In this document: in pieces, positions 27,459-36,229 of the stretch
Numbering within the stretch: the stretch's first letter is position 1
How the letters are laid out: the number at the start of each line of letters is the position of its first letter
Notes under the pieces: model-generated
Told to the model about the DNA's origin: nothing
What the model saw: the letters and a program-made list of their open reading frames with translations, nothing else
The model's database searches: none
Translations under genes and position numbers: made by a program
Origin: a virus
Taxonomy: Duplodnaviria; Caudoviricetes
Virus record (IMG/VR): IMGVR_UViG_3300041809_003506
Span: 1 to 58,592 of that record
Length of the DNA: 58,592 nucleotides
Direction: 5' to 3' (one strand)

Positions 27459-27646
27459 GTAGGGCGGACCGTCGCCGTCAAATGCGTCGCGACGGCGCTG
27501 GCCAGTGCCGCGACCACCGTCGGATCGGTTTTCAGATCCTCGAGGATCTGTTGCCGGATGCCATCGATCAATGTGCCGACGGTGATATCGAGCGCCGAGC
27601 CATGCGGATCGACGTACAGAAGCCGCATGTCGCGATCGAGCGGCAT
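27455..27646 (-). CDS. Small hypothetical protein
   Basis: Fills the operon gap; coupled. Confidence 0.5.
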   Translation of the reverse strand: MPLDRDMRLLYVDPHGSALDITVGTLIDGIRQQILEDLKTDPTVVAALASAVATHLTATVRPT

Positions 27647-27649
27647 CTG

Positions 27650-27874
27650 TTAGATCATCCGCGCCGCGGCTGCGCCCTTGAGCTTGCGGGCAGCCTTGGT
27701 CAGATAGGTCTGCGGCTTGTGCGCTTCGAGCGGAGGGGAAGGCTTGGCACCAGGCGGCCAATCCTCCGCCGAGACAACTTCGCCGCGCGCTGCGGCTGCC
27801 GCTGCGACATCATCCGGCACCAGCGCCGGATTGCCCATGCCTCGAAGCATGCGGTTGAAGGTTACAAGTTTCAT
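27650..27874 (-). CDS. Small hypothetical protein (74 aa)
   Basis: GGAGG SD; ATGA overlap with the glycosyltransferase stop. Confidence 0.55.
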   Translation of the reverse strand: MKLVTFNRMLRGMGNPALVPDDVAAAAAARGEVVSAEDWPPGAKPSPPLEAHKPQTYLTKAARKLKGAAAARMI

Positions 27875-29376
27875 TCTGCGGCCTCCAGGCGCTCGACCGG
27901 CGCCGGCAACATGGTTTCGGCGAGCGCGCCGGTCCATGCCTTGCTGCCGACATGCGACAGCACAATTTCCGGATCGACCCATATCGAACCGCCGAGCTCG
28001 CGCCAGCGCTGACAGAACACATAGTCCTCGCCCATCTCCCGCTGGTCGTCGGGATCGAAGCGGAAAAACTGATAGTAATTCGCCCTGATGTCGGCCGGCA
28101 TATTCGGCGGACCGTCGCGCTTCCAGTCCGGATGCGCGGCGATCAGTTGCTCGAACACGCAGCGCTCCACTTTCATGAACGCAGTGCCGACCGCAAACAC
28201 TTCCACGGCGCCCATGGAGTCCTGCGGCGGGAAACTCATGTCCTTGGCGACCTTGCGGTGCAGGCACCAGACTTCCGGATCGCTGTTCGGCTTGTCGACC
28301 TTCATGCGGCCGACACCGGCAATAACTTTCTGCTCGGAGGCCAATAAGCGCAGCAGCGCATCCGGATTCCAGCCCATGTCGTCGTCGATGAAGACAAGGT
28401 CGGTGCATCGCGACGCCAGGAACTTCGCCGCGATCTTGTTGCGGGCGGCGGGAAGGTTCGACGAGCCGATGATGAAATAGGTCTCGTATGCCATGCCGAG
28501 CTGCGTCAGCTTCACCAGCGTGTCGGCGAAGGCGACCGTGAACTCGAAGACCGGCTGCCGCGCCGTCGGCACACCGATCATCACGCGGCGCGAAACAGCG
28601 CGCTTGCGCCGCGCTTCCACGATCGGATCGGCTTTGGCAGCGACCTTCAATCGCGCCGGCTCATTGCGATGGCTCCTGATCTTCGCTGAGATGACCGCGC
28701 GATCACCCTGCAGCCAGGCGCGATAGATTTCCTCGTCGCCCTTCCACAGACCATTGTGTAGATCCGGCCCATGATGCTTCTGCGTGAAGCCTGCGCCATA
28801 GACATCCTGATGCGTCGCGTCGGGCTGGGCTTCGCCCTTCATGACGTGGGCGTGGCGCACCATCACGTCCATCAGTACGCGCCAGCAAGAGCTGTCGCGG
28901 CCGATCGTTTCCCAAAGATCGTCGACGAACAGATGATGCATGCCGGGCGCGAAGATATAGTCAACCGCTCGGATAAGCTCACCGGACATCACCCAGCAAT
29001 TGGCGACGCGGTTCGGCGCCAGCCAGCCGTCGTTGCAGGACACGATGCCGACGTTCCAGCCATCGAGCGCATCGACCAGGCGCCGATCCCAGGCGATCGT
29101 CTCGGGCACATTGTCGTCGCCGATCAGGCCGAGCCAACCGATGCCCTGCCTTGCCGTTTCCCAAATTTCGCGGATCTTGTCGCCTTGGGTCACACCAATG
29201 GTCTTGATGATCCGCCAATCGTGCGGCAGCTCGAGCGCGTCGTAAGCTTGCCGATGGCGCTCGTAGTCCTTGGCATCGATCAGAAGGAGGCCGGGCGTCG
29301 ACAGGCCGGTCGATCGGCAGGCGTCGAAGAAACGCTCGAGATGACCAGGACGGTCTTTACTAGGCAGCAGCCACAT
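27871..29376 (-). CDS. Two-domain GT-A fold glycosyltransferase
   Basis: Domain 1: LLPSKDRP...LIGDD...FVDD...H. Domain 2: IGVPT...ARNK...FIDDD...GEDYVFCQRW...HVG. Confidence 0.85.
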   Translation of the reverse strand: MWLLPSKDRPGHLERFFDACRSTGLSTPGLLLIDAKDYERHRQAYDALELPHDWRIIKTIGVTQGDKIREIWETARQGIGWLGLIGDDNVPETIAWDRRLVDALDGWNVGIVSCNDGWLAPNRVANCWVMSGELIRAVDYIFAPGMHHLFVDDLWETIGRDSSCWRVLMDVMVRHAHVMKGEAQPDATHQDVYGAGFTQKHHGPDLHNGLWKGDEEIYRAWLQGDRAVISAKIRSHRNEPARLKVAAKADPIVEARRKRAVSRRVMIGVPTARQPVFEFTVAFADTLVKLTQLGMAYETYFIIGSSNLPAARNKIAAKFLASRCTDLVFIDDDMGWNPDALLRLLASEQKVIAGVGRMKVDKPNSDPEVWCLHRKVAKDMSFPPQDSMGAVEVFAVGTAFMKVERCVFEQLIAAHPDWKRDGPPNMPADIRANYYQFFRFDPDDQREMGEDYVFCQRWRELGGSIWVDPEIVLSHVGSKAWTGALAETMLPAPVERLEAAE

Positions 29377-30580
29377 AGGCGCGCTCTCCGTTCAACAACT
29401 TGCGCGTCATGGCGCGCACATCGGCATCGGCCGCAAGCTTGATGACGCCGGCGGCCGGATAATCGAGCCGCGCCTCGTCGATGATGTAGCCGCGATAACG
29501 CTTGGCTGGCTCGATCTCGTGATCGCCGAAGCTCTGCAGATAGCCGCGATCGATTCCGTCGCAAACGTGCATGGCCTGGCAGCCGCGGCACTTCTCCGGA
29601 AACACCTTGCCGGATCCAGCCCGCGCCGCGAACAACTCGATATTGCCGACGCGCTCTTTCAGATCGCGCAGCGGAAATTGCGTTTGTGTATCCTTCAGTG
29701 GCCAGGGCTTGCCCATCTCGCGCATCGAGGAAGACGTTGCCGCAACCGGATCGGCCGTATGGTCGATCTGATTCATCCACTCGTGGGTATCGTGGCGGAC
29801 GCCGACAACGCCGACGTGATTGCGTTCCATGCCGGCGATCATGCACTGCGGCGCGTAGCGGACGGTGCACGCGATGCCCGCAGCTTCAACGGTTGCCACC
29901 GCCTCGCGCAGATAGCCGGCGATCTCCGTGTAGCTCACCCGATGATCGCCGCTGTGTGTCGGCCGCGACCATTGATAGTAGGGCATGAAGAACAGGAACG
30001 TCGTCGCGTAGACTTCCGGACGCGCCGCGATCCACTTGGCGATCTCCGGCAGATATTTGTAATTCTGCTCGGTGATCGTCGTGTTGGTGATGTATTGGAA
30101 GCCGCGACGCTGCAGCGCGTCCATCGCCGCGACCAGAAGCGAGAGCTCGCCGCCGGTCATGGCCTTGAACATCGCCGCGTCGGTCGAATGCAGCGAGAAC
30201 CGAAAATCAACAAGTCCAGCCTCGAGCAGCCGCTCGAGCAGATTGCGCCGCGTGAGGAACTGGCCGAGCGTGATGATGCGCGAGGCAAGCCCGCGCGACG
30301 TTGCATACGCTATCAGATCGACGATATGCGGAAACGCGCCAGGCTCGCCGCCAGTCACATCGAAGCCGAGAAAGCCGTGCTCGGCTAATGAATCGACCAG
30401 CGCCCGCAGATTATCGATGCCATGCCACTTGGCGTGGCGCATGCCGGTGAACTGATCTTCCGTGTCGCCAAGATATGAGTAGAAGCAATGGCGGCATGAA
30501 TGCGTGCATTTGAGGCCCACATCCACGACGCCCCACCGGGACAGCCGGCCTGGCGCGTGGATGTGGAGTCCTTCAAACAC
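29360..30580 (-). CDS. Radical SAM enzyme with C-terminal auxiliary Cys cluster
   Basis: CTHSCRHC (CxxxCxxC), TGGEP, FSLH, and C-terminal CRGC-x5-CDG. Confidence 0.9.
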   Translation of the reverse strand: MFEGLHIHAPGRLSRWGVVDVGLKCTHSCRHCFYSYLGDTEDQFTGMRHAKWHGIDNLRALVDSLAEHGFLGFDVTGGEPGAFPHIVDLIAYATSRGLASRIITLGQFLTRRNLLERLLEAGLVDFRFSLHSTDAAMFKAMTGGELSLLVAAMDALQRRGFQYITNTTITEQNYKYLPEIAKWIAARPEVYATTFLFFMPYYQWSRPTHSGDHRVSYTEIAGYLREAVATVEAAGIACTVRYAPQCMIAGMERNHVGVVGVRHDTHEWMNQIDHTADPVAATSSSMREMGKPWPLKDTQTQFPLRDLKERVGNIELFAARAGSGKVFPEKCRGCQAMHVCDGIDRGYLQSFGDHEIEPAKRYRGYIIDEARLDYPAAGVIKLAADADVRAMTRKLLNGERAYVAAA

Positions 30581-30593
30581 GATCGTTACGCTA

Positions 30594-31115
30594 TCAGACC
30601 GCAGGCGCCGCGAGCTGGTCGAAGCCGCCCACTACCATGCCGACCGCACGGATCTGCCCGGTATCGGTTCCGGTTGCCGACAAATGCGGCACCCCGAGAT
30701 AACGCAGATACCGCGCCGCCGCGCCGAGATTGATGCCGGGGCCCGGCGACGGATTGTCGGCCGTGGTCTGCACCGTCATCCGGTGCACGCCGTTGACCGC
30801 GCCGCCGCCGGAAGGTCCGGTAGCGAGCGTGGCCTGCTCCGAAGCGTAGGGCGTCCACGTCGAATTGTCCGGCGAGCTGTCGATCTCGGAATAGAGCGTG
30901 AGCGTCTTTCCCGAGGCCAGCGTCGCCGACCAATAGATTTCGACATCCATCGACCGCGGCATAGAGCCGGTGGCAAAACCTTCGCGATCGACCGAGGTCG
31001 ACGTGAAGGTGACGGAGTCCGAACCGCCGCCGGCGGTCCACGGATAATCGGGGGCCGCGATCGACGCGACGTCGATCAAGGCGCCGATGTTTTTCTGTTG
31101 GACGATGTCGCCCAT
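30594..31115 (-). CDS. Capsid decoration / cement protein candidate
   Basis: Directly after MCP; AGGAGA SD; beta-rich, ARYLR motif. Confidence 0.6.
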   Translation of the reverse strand: MGDIVQQKNIGALIDVASIAAPDYPWTAGGGSDSVTFTSTSVDREGFATGSMPRSMDVEIYWSATLASGKTLTLYSEIDSSPDNSTWTPYASEQATLATGPSGGGAVNGVHRMTVQTTADNPSPGPGINLGAAARYLRYLGVPHLSATGTDTGQIRAVGMVVGGFDQLAAPAV

Positions 31116-31151
31116 GAAAGTATCTCCTAGCGAGAGGGGAATGGGGGTGAA

Positions 31152-31176
31152 GGGTGCCGGGGGTTAACCGGCACCC
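31152..31176 (-). promoter_or_regulatory. Stem-loop after the major capsid gene
   Basis: GGGTGCCGG-7 nt-CCGGCACCC perfect 9-bp stem; weak U tract. Confidence 0.55.
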
Positions 31177-31195
31177 GAGCTCACGGTTAGGACAC

Positions 31196-32689
31196 TTAGG
31201 TCAGCGCCGGCGCCCAGATCACGCCCTGGTCGACCGCGACCGACGGCAGATGCCGCATCTGGAAATCGTGCTCGGCGATGGCGCGCACGATGGTCTGATC
31301 CTTCTGGAACGCGGACTGCAGCGCGCCAGTCGTATCGTAGTAGGTGCCCTCGCGAGAGATCGCGAGTTCCAGCGTCATCGAGTCGAGGATCATGGCGTCG
31401 TCCATTTCCACCAGGAAGATGAACGTGCAGATCTTCTGCGCCGCATTGGTATCCCACAGGTTGATCGGGATCTGCGTCGACTTCGAGAACGGGTATCCGA
31501 GCAACGTGCCGCGGCTCAGCTCGTCGCGATATACATAGACGCCGAGCGAGTTGAGCAGGTTGTTCAGATAGTTGAAGATCCGCGGATGGAAGAACCAACG
31601 CCGGCGGATATCCGGCACGTTGGCGGTATCGAGCTTGTTGACCAAACCGGCCAGCTCGTTCGCCACCGTTGTGAGCGTGTTGGTCTCGTTCGACGTGATG
31701 AAGTTGCCACCGACCGCATAGGTCGAGTCCGCGGTCGCCGACCAGACGCCGACAGTGCCAGCCTGGTTCGCAACATAGTTGTTGGCGAAGCCAAGAAAGC
31801 CCTTCGGGGTATCGAGCGTGCCGTCGCCGGTGATGAAGGCGAGATCCTCACGCAGCGCGATCACCTTCACCAGGTCGTCGCGCACGAAGGCATCGGCGGC
31901 CGGATCGGCGAAGCGCATCAGGTCGTTGGAGACCGGAACCAAGGCGGTCAGTTTCTTATAGGTCGCAACGATCTGACCGACCTGTTGCTGCGAGGCGTTG
32001 ATCTGCGCGTTTTCCCCGCCGTAGGTCGCGGTCGCCGCGGCCGTCTGTGCCGGGAGCGTCATCGTGCCGCGCGGCATCGGCATGGTGCGCGGGTTTGCAC
32101 TGCGCACGACCGCACGCGGCCGCAAGAGCTCGATGATCTCATTGACGTACTCGGGCGGCACGATGAAGCCGCCGGAAGCGCCGATGCCGGCCGCCAATGC
32201 CTTGGCGATCTGCACCGTGACCGGATGATTCTCGCCATAGGCCTGCTTCGATGCCGCGAGCGCATTGAACGGCGAACCGCCGCCCATCAACAGCGCCTTG
32301 GCGAAGCCACCGACGATCAGACCCTTGTTGGTCATGAGGCCGCGCGCTTTGGCAGCTTCCTCACTGGTATAGGGATCCTTGTTGACGGTGGCGGAAACGC
32401 TGCGTTGCGTTTCCTCCTGGCCGGCAACCGGGACTGCGGTGCGGCGCTCCGCGTCCTGCAGATCGACGGCGCGCTGGATCTCGGCGTCAAACTCTTCGGT
32501 CGTCGCCTTGATCAGAATGTCGACGTCCTCGAGCACTTTCTTGCAGCGATCGAATTCGGCCTGATCGACGGACTTCTTGAAGTCCCTCTTCTCGGCAATG
32601 GCCTTGAAGGCATCGAAGGCGGTTTTGCGCTTGCCGGCGAGCTCGTCGAGCTTCGCCTGTTTGGCTGCGCGCAGGGCTGCGATTTTCAT
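31196..32689 (-). CDS. Major capsid protein, HK97 fold, with delta domain
   Basis: GGFIVPPE, VSNDLM, EDLAFITGDG, LLGYP, RAIAEHDF; GGAGA SD before MKIAAL. Confidence 0.93.
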   Translation of the reverse strand: MKIAALRAAKQAKLDELAGKRKTAFDAFKAIAEKRDFKKSVDQAEFDRCKKVLEDVDILIKATTEEFDAEIQRAVDLQDAERRTAVPVAGQEETQRSVSATVNKDPYTSEEAAKARGLMTNKGLIVGGFAKALLMGGGSPFNALAASKQAYGENHPVTVQIAKALAAGIGASGGFIVPPEYVNEIIELLRPRAVVRSANPRTMPMPRGTMTLPAQTAAATATYGGENAQINASQQQVGQIVATYKKLTALVPVSNDLMRFADPAADAFVRDDLVKVIALREDLAFITGDGTLDTPKGFLGFANNYVANQAGTVGVWSATADSTYAVGGNFITSNETNTLTTVANELAGLVNKLDTANVPDIRRRWFFHPRIFNYLNNLLNSLGVYVYRDELSRGTLLGYPFSKSTQIPINLWDTNAAQKICTFIFLVEMDDAMILDSMTLELAISREGTYYDTTGALQSAFQKDQTIVRAIAEHDFQMRHLPSVAVDQGVIWAPALT

Positions 32690-32808
32690 TTCGATATCTC
32701 CGAAAGAGTTGAGTGAATGCGCCTCACGGGTCGGGCGTGTCGCGATGCGACGCGCTCGGCGCGGCGAAAACCCCGGCGTGTCACCGGGCAAAAAGCTGGA
32801 ACGGAAAG

Positions 32809-34782
32809 TCAGGCGGCGCTGGTCGCCATCAGTTCGACCTGGCGCTTACGCTGCTCGGCCTCGAAGGCGAGCTCGTTGTCGGCATTGGCCGGATCGGGAT
32901 CTTGCTCGGCATCGGCAGCGGGCTTCGCTGATTTCACCATCGCCTCGGCGTGCTCGCCGGCGGACGTGCCGTGATCTTGCCACTCGACCAGCTGATCGTG
33001 CAGATCGTCGTGGAGGTCCGCGGCCTTCTGATAGCAATCGGCCATCTTGCCGAAGCACTTCTGCATCTCGGCTAGGTGATTCATGTTCGCTTCGGAGAGC
33101 ACGCGGCCGGCCTTGCGGAAGGCGGCGCGCAGATTCTTGGCCTGCGGCGTGGCCGCGGCTTCGACGTAAACAACGTCGACGACAAGCGGATCGACCCGGC
33201 CGGCCAAAAGCTCGGCAGTTTCCTCCTGCGTCATTGCCACGAGAGCATCAGCGCAGAGCTTCATCACAGCGGCGAGCATGGCCGGCAGCTTGGAATCGTC
33301 GCCCTCGGCCTCCGCTTCCCACTTCGCCATGTCCTGGATGAAGCCGAGATCATTGAGCACGCGGGCAAGCTCCGCGCAATGATAGAGCCCCTTGATCTTT
33401 GCTTTGCCGTTGGCGCCGAGAATGATGGTCTTGGTACGCGGCGCGTTGCCGCCCTTCCCGTCGCCGTCTTTCATTTTCGCCTCATAATGATCGATGACGG
33501 CGCGCGCCTTCTTGGCGACGTCGTCGGGAATGTCGGTTTGCGGCAGCCGCGACGCGGCGTTGCGAATGCCGGCGGCGATCGCGACCAGCCGGCCGTCCTT
33601 CACCGTGGCAAAGGGCAGCTTGTACGATCCCTTGAGCTTCGGGTTGGCCGCGTCATAGACCAGGAAACCCTTGCGCGCGAACGTGGTGTCGGGCTTGTCG
33701 CCGTCGAAGTTGGCGTGCTCGAAGATCGCGGCCTTGGCCGCGGCGCCGTCCCAGCTCGAGTCCTCGTCGATCGACAGATTGCGCGAGGCACCGACTTTCC
33801 ATTCGTGCTTGTCGGCCTTGTTTGTTTGCTCGGCAGACAGCGCACGTTGAATCACGGTCGCCGCCGGATTGGCAGGGACGCTGACGCAAGAGATCTCCAT
33901 CAGTTCCCATTTCTCGTAACGCAGGCCGCCATCCTTGATCGGCTTGACGTCGATCGGATCGAAGCCGACCGAGACCGCGCTCATGACGCCGCACTTATAG
34001 AGCCCGCAATATTCGTCAGCCTTGACGGAAATTCCCTTCGGCGCGAATTCGATCAGCGCCTCGAGGCGGCCGTTCTGTATCGTCGGCACCGCGCGTCCGA
34101 TCGGATGATCGGCGTCGTGATTGGCCAACACGATCGGATTCGATTTGTAGTTATCGAGCACGCAGCCTTCCGGCACCATAACGTCCTTAACACGATCGAC
34201 CGTCGGATCGCTGGCGACGACGCGGATCTGCCGCTCGCCCAACGTCGCGTCGGCGACGACGGCGCCCTGCAGGAACTTACGGACTGCTGTCATCCGAAAC
34301 CCCTTGTTGTCCTCGATGATCGCTTCGAGCGCGGCCTTGTCGTCGTCATCAACAAATACCCGCTTATCGATATCGGCGGGGACGCTCGTCATCGCCTCGT
34401 CGGCGACTTCGCGGACGTAGGCTTCGATTTCCTCTTGGTATGCTTGCCAGTCGCCACCGAGCTCTTCAACGCGGCGTTTCTCGCAAGGATTGCCGCAGCT
34501 TTGGTGCGCTTCGTCATAAACCTTGCCCTCGTTCATCCCGAGCCATTCGCCGAGCTCGTGGTAGGGCAGCGTTAGGCCGGTATTGATCTGCGTCTTCGGC
34601 AGGATGACCGGAACGCACTCGTCGATAAAAACAACGCGGCCGTCGATCGAACGATTGGCCAGCCATGGGATGGTGTGATCGCGATCGACGCGAGCGGCAT
34701 CAACCAGGTCCGTCACCCGGCGGTAGAAGTCATCGTCGATCACCGGAACATCGTTCCGGTCGGCATGGTGACCAGCGGACAT
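32809..34782 (-). CDS. HK97-family prohead protease with extra N- and C-terminal domains
   Basis: VDRVKD, NPIVLANHD, SVGF, ELMEISCVSVPANPAA; internal SD plus ATG at 34293. Confidence 0.88.
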   Translation of the reverse strand: MSAGHHADRNDVPVIDDDFYRRVTDLVDAARVDRDHTIPWLANRSIDGRVVFIDECVPVILPKTQINTGLTLPYHELGEWLGMNEGKVYDEAHQSCGNPCEKRRVEELGGDWQAYQEEIEAYVREVADEAMTSVPADIDKRVFVDDDDKAALEAIIEDNKGFRMTAVRKFLQGAVVADATLGERQIRVVASDPTVDRVKDVMVPEGCVLDNYKSNPIVLANHDADHPIGRAVPTIQNGRLEALIEFAPKGISVKADEYCGLYKCGVMSAVSVGFDPIDVKPIKDGGLRYEKWELMEISCVSVPANPAATVIQRALSAEQTNKADKHEWKVGASRNLSIDEDSSWDGAAAKAAIFEHANFDGDKPDTTFARKGFLVYDAANPKLKGSYKLPFATVKDGRLVAIAAGIRNAASRLPQTDIPDDVAKKARAVIDHYEAKMKDGDGKGGNAPRTKTIILGANGKAKIKGLYHCAELARVLNDLGFIQDMAKWEAEAEGDDSKLPAMLAAVMKLCADALVAMTQEETAELLAGRVDPLVVDVVYVEAAATPQAKNLRAAFRKAGRVLSEANMNHLAEMQKCFGKMADCYQKAADLHDDLHDQLVEWQDHGTSAGEHAEAMVKSAKPAADAEQDPDPANADNELAFEAEQRKRQVELMATSAA

Positions 34783-34783
34783 C

Positions 34784-36229
34784 TCAGGCGGCTTCTTGCG
34801 AAGCGGAGCCGTTCAGACTTTTCGGATCGACCGGCGGCATGGTGAATCTCATTTCCGTTGCCGCAGTTTTTTCGCCTTCGCCTTCCTCGTCCGCGGCAAG
34901 CGGCTTGGCCGGCGCTATGCTCGGCCCCGGCAATGTTCCCGCTTCCGGCCGTCCCGCGCCATCCGGCGCGCCGCCGGTCTTGTCCGAGCCGACCGCCGCG
35001 ATATTGCTCGGCTGATAGAGCACGTCGCCGGCAGGTCCAATAGATGGCAGGCCTTCACCGGCACGGACCTCGTTGATGGTGAGAAAGCTGGCACCACCGA
35101 GTCCGATGCGATTGTTGGCAAACCGCGTCTTCGTGGCAGATCGCAACAGCGCCCGTTCGTCGAATGACACCATGAGATTCTGCGCCGGCAGATCGAACGT
35201 GTCGCCGAATTTCTCTTCCAGCCGCGTCAAGTCCGGCATAATGGTGCCGGACACGTAGTCGTTGTTGATCTCTTCGATATCAATGCCGCGGATTTCAGTG
35301 GCACCGATCTTGAAGGGAGGCACCCGGAAGAACCGCGTGATGTCGGTGACCGAGAAATTCCGCTGCGCCATGAACTCGAGATCGACCGAGGTGAGCTGCA
35401 GCTCCTTGGCCTCGAGGCCATCCTCGAGCACAACCGTGTTGCCGGTATTCTCGATGCCGGACTTGAAGGTATCCCAGGCCTGCTTCAGACGATCCGCCGC
35501 GGCTTTGGTCAGCGCCTTCTTCGATTGCAGCACCACGCTCGGCCGCGAGCCGTTCTTCATCCAGCGGGCGGTCTGCTGCTCGAGTCCCATGGCGACGCCG
35601 ACCGCATCGCGGGCGACGCCGATGGTAGAGAGCGCAACCAGCGCATTGAACGTCAGGCCGCGCAGATAGAACATATCCTCGCTGGCGATCGCCGGCGGGA
35701 ATTCCCGCAGCATGGCGATCTGCCAAAGCCCGAGCCGGTTGACGTTGTAGAAGATCTCGCCGTTCCAGGATTCCAGCACCAGGACCGCGTCGGGATTGAT
35801 CGGGATGAGCTCGTTGACGATCTTGCGCTTGCTGTTGCGCTTGATGGCGGCATAGCCGCCGCCGCGCAGCAGATAGGCGACCATCATCTGCTCGATGAAC
35901 TCGAACCAATCTTGTTGCCGGTTTGGCTTCTTGAACAGTTCGACCAGGTCGTGCTCGGTCACTTGCTCGCGCGTGCCGCTTTTCGGCTTCTCGTAGTAGA
36001 GCCGAGGCTTACAGCGCGCCACGTCCTGCGCGCGGATGGTCACGCAGGCATAGACCGCGGCGACCGACATCGCCGTGCCCTGGCTGATCAACAGCCCGGT
36101 AGCGGACGGCGTCGCACCCAGCGTCGGCAGAAAACCGCCGCCGCCCTGGTTGGCGGAGGGCGCGCCGGCTGCCGCGTCTTTGGCAACCAGCACGGATCCG
36201 GCGGCGCGGAGGCGGGAGACTAGACCCAT
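34784..36229 (-). CDS. Portal protein, HK97 family
   Basis: AVYACV, KPN, ITRFFRVPP, TINEVRAGEGLP. Confidence 0.93.
   Translation of the reverse strand: MGLVSRLRAAGSVLVAKDAAAGAPSANQGGGGFLPTLGATPSATGLLISQGTAMSVAAVYACVTIRAQDVARCKPRLYYEKPKSGTREQVTEHDLVELFKKPNRQQDWFEFIEQMMVAYLLRGGGYAAIKRNSKRKIVNELIPINPDAVLVLESWNGEIFYNVNRLGLWQIAMLREFPPAIASEDMFYLRGLTFNALVALSTIGVARDAVGVAMGLEQQTARWMKNGSRPSVVLQSKKALTKAAADRLKQAWDTFKSGIENTGNTVVLEDGLEAKELQLTSVDLEFMAQRNFSVTDITRFFRVPPFKIGATEIRGIDIEEINNDYVSGTIMPDLTRLEEKFGDTFDLPAQNLMVSFDERALLRSATKTRFANNRIGLGGASFLTINEVRAGEGLPSIGPAGDVLYQPSNIAAVGSDKTGGAPDGAGRPEAGTLPGPSIAPAKPLAADEEGEGEKTAATEMRFTMPPVDPKSLNGSASQEAA

Noticed and set aside
31154-34575. Long plus-strand ORFs (31154-32716, 33076-34575; also 18411-19763 and 47615-48763)
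   Set aside because: Antisense shadows of GC-rich minus-strand genes with no recognisable motifs.
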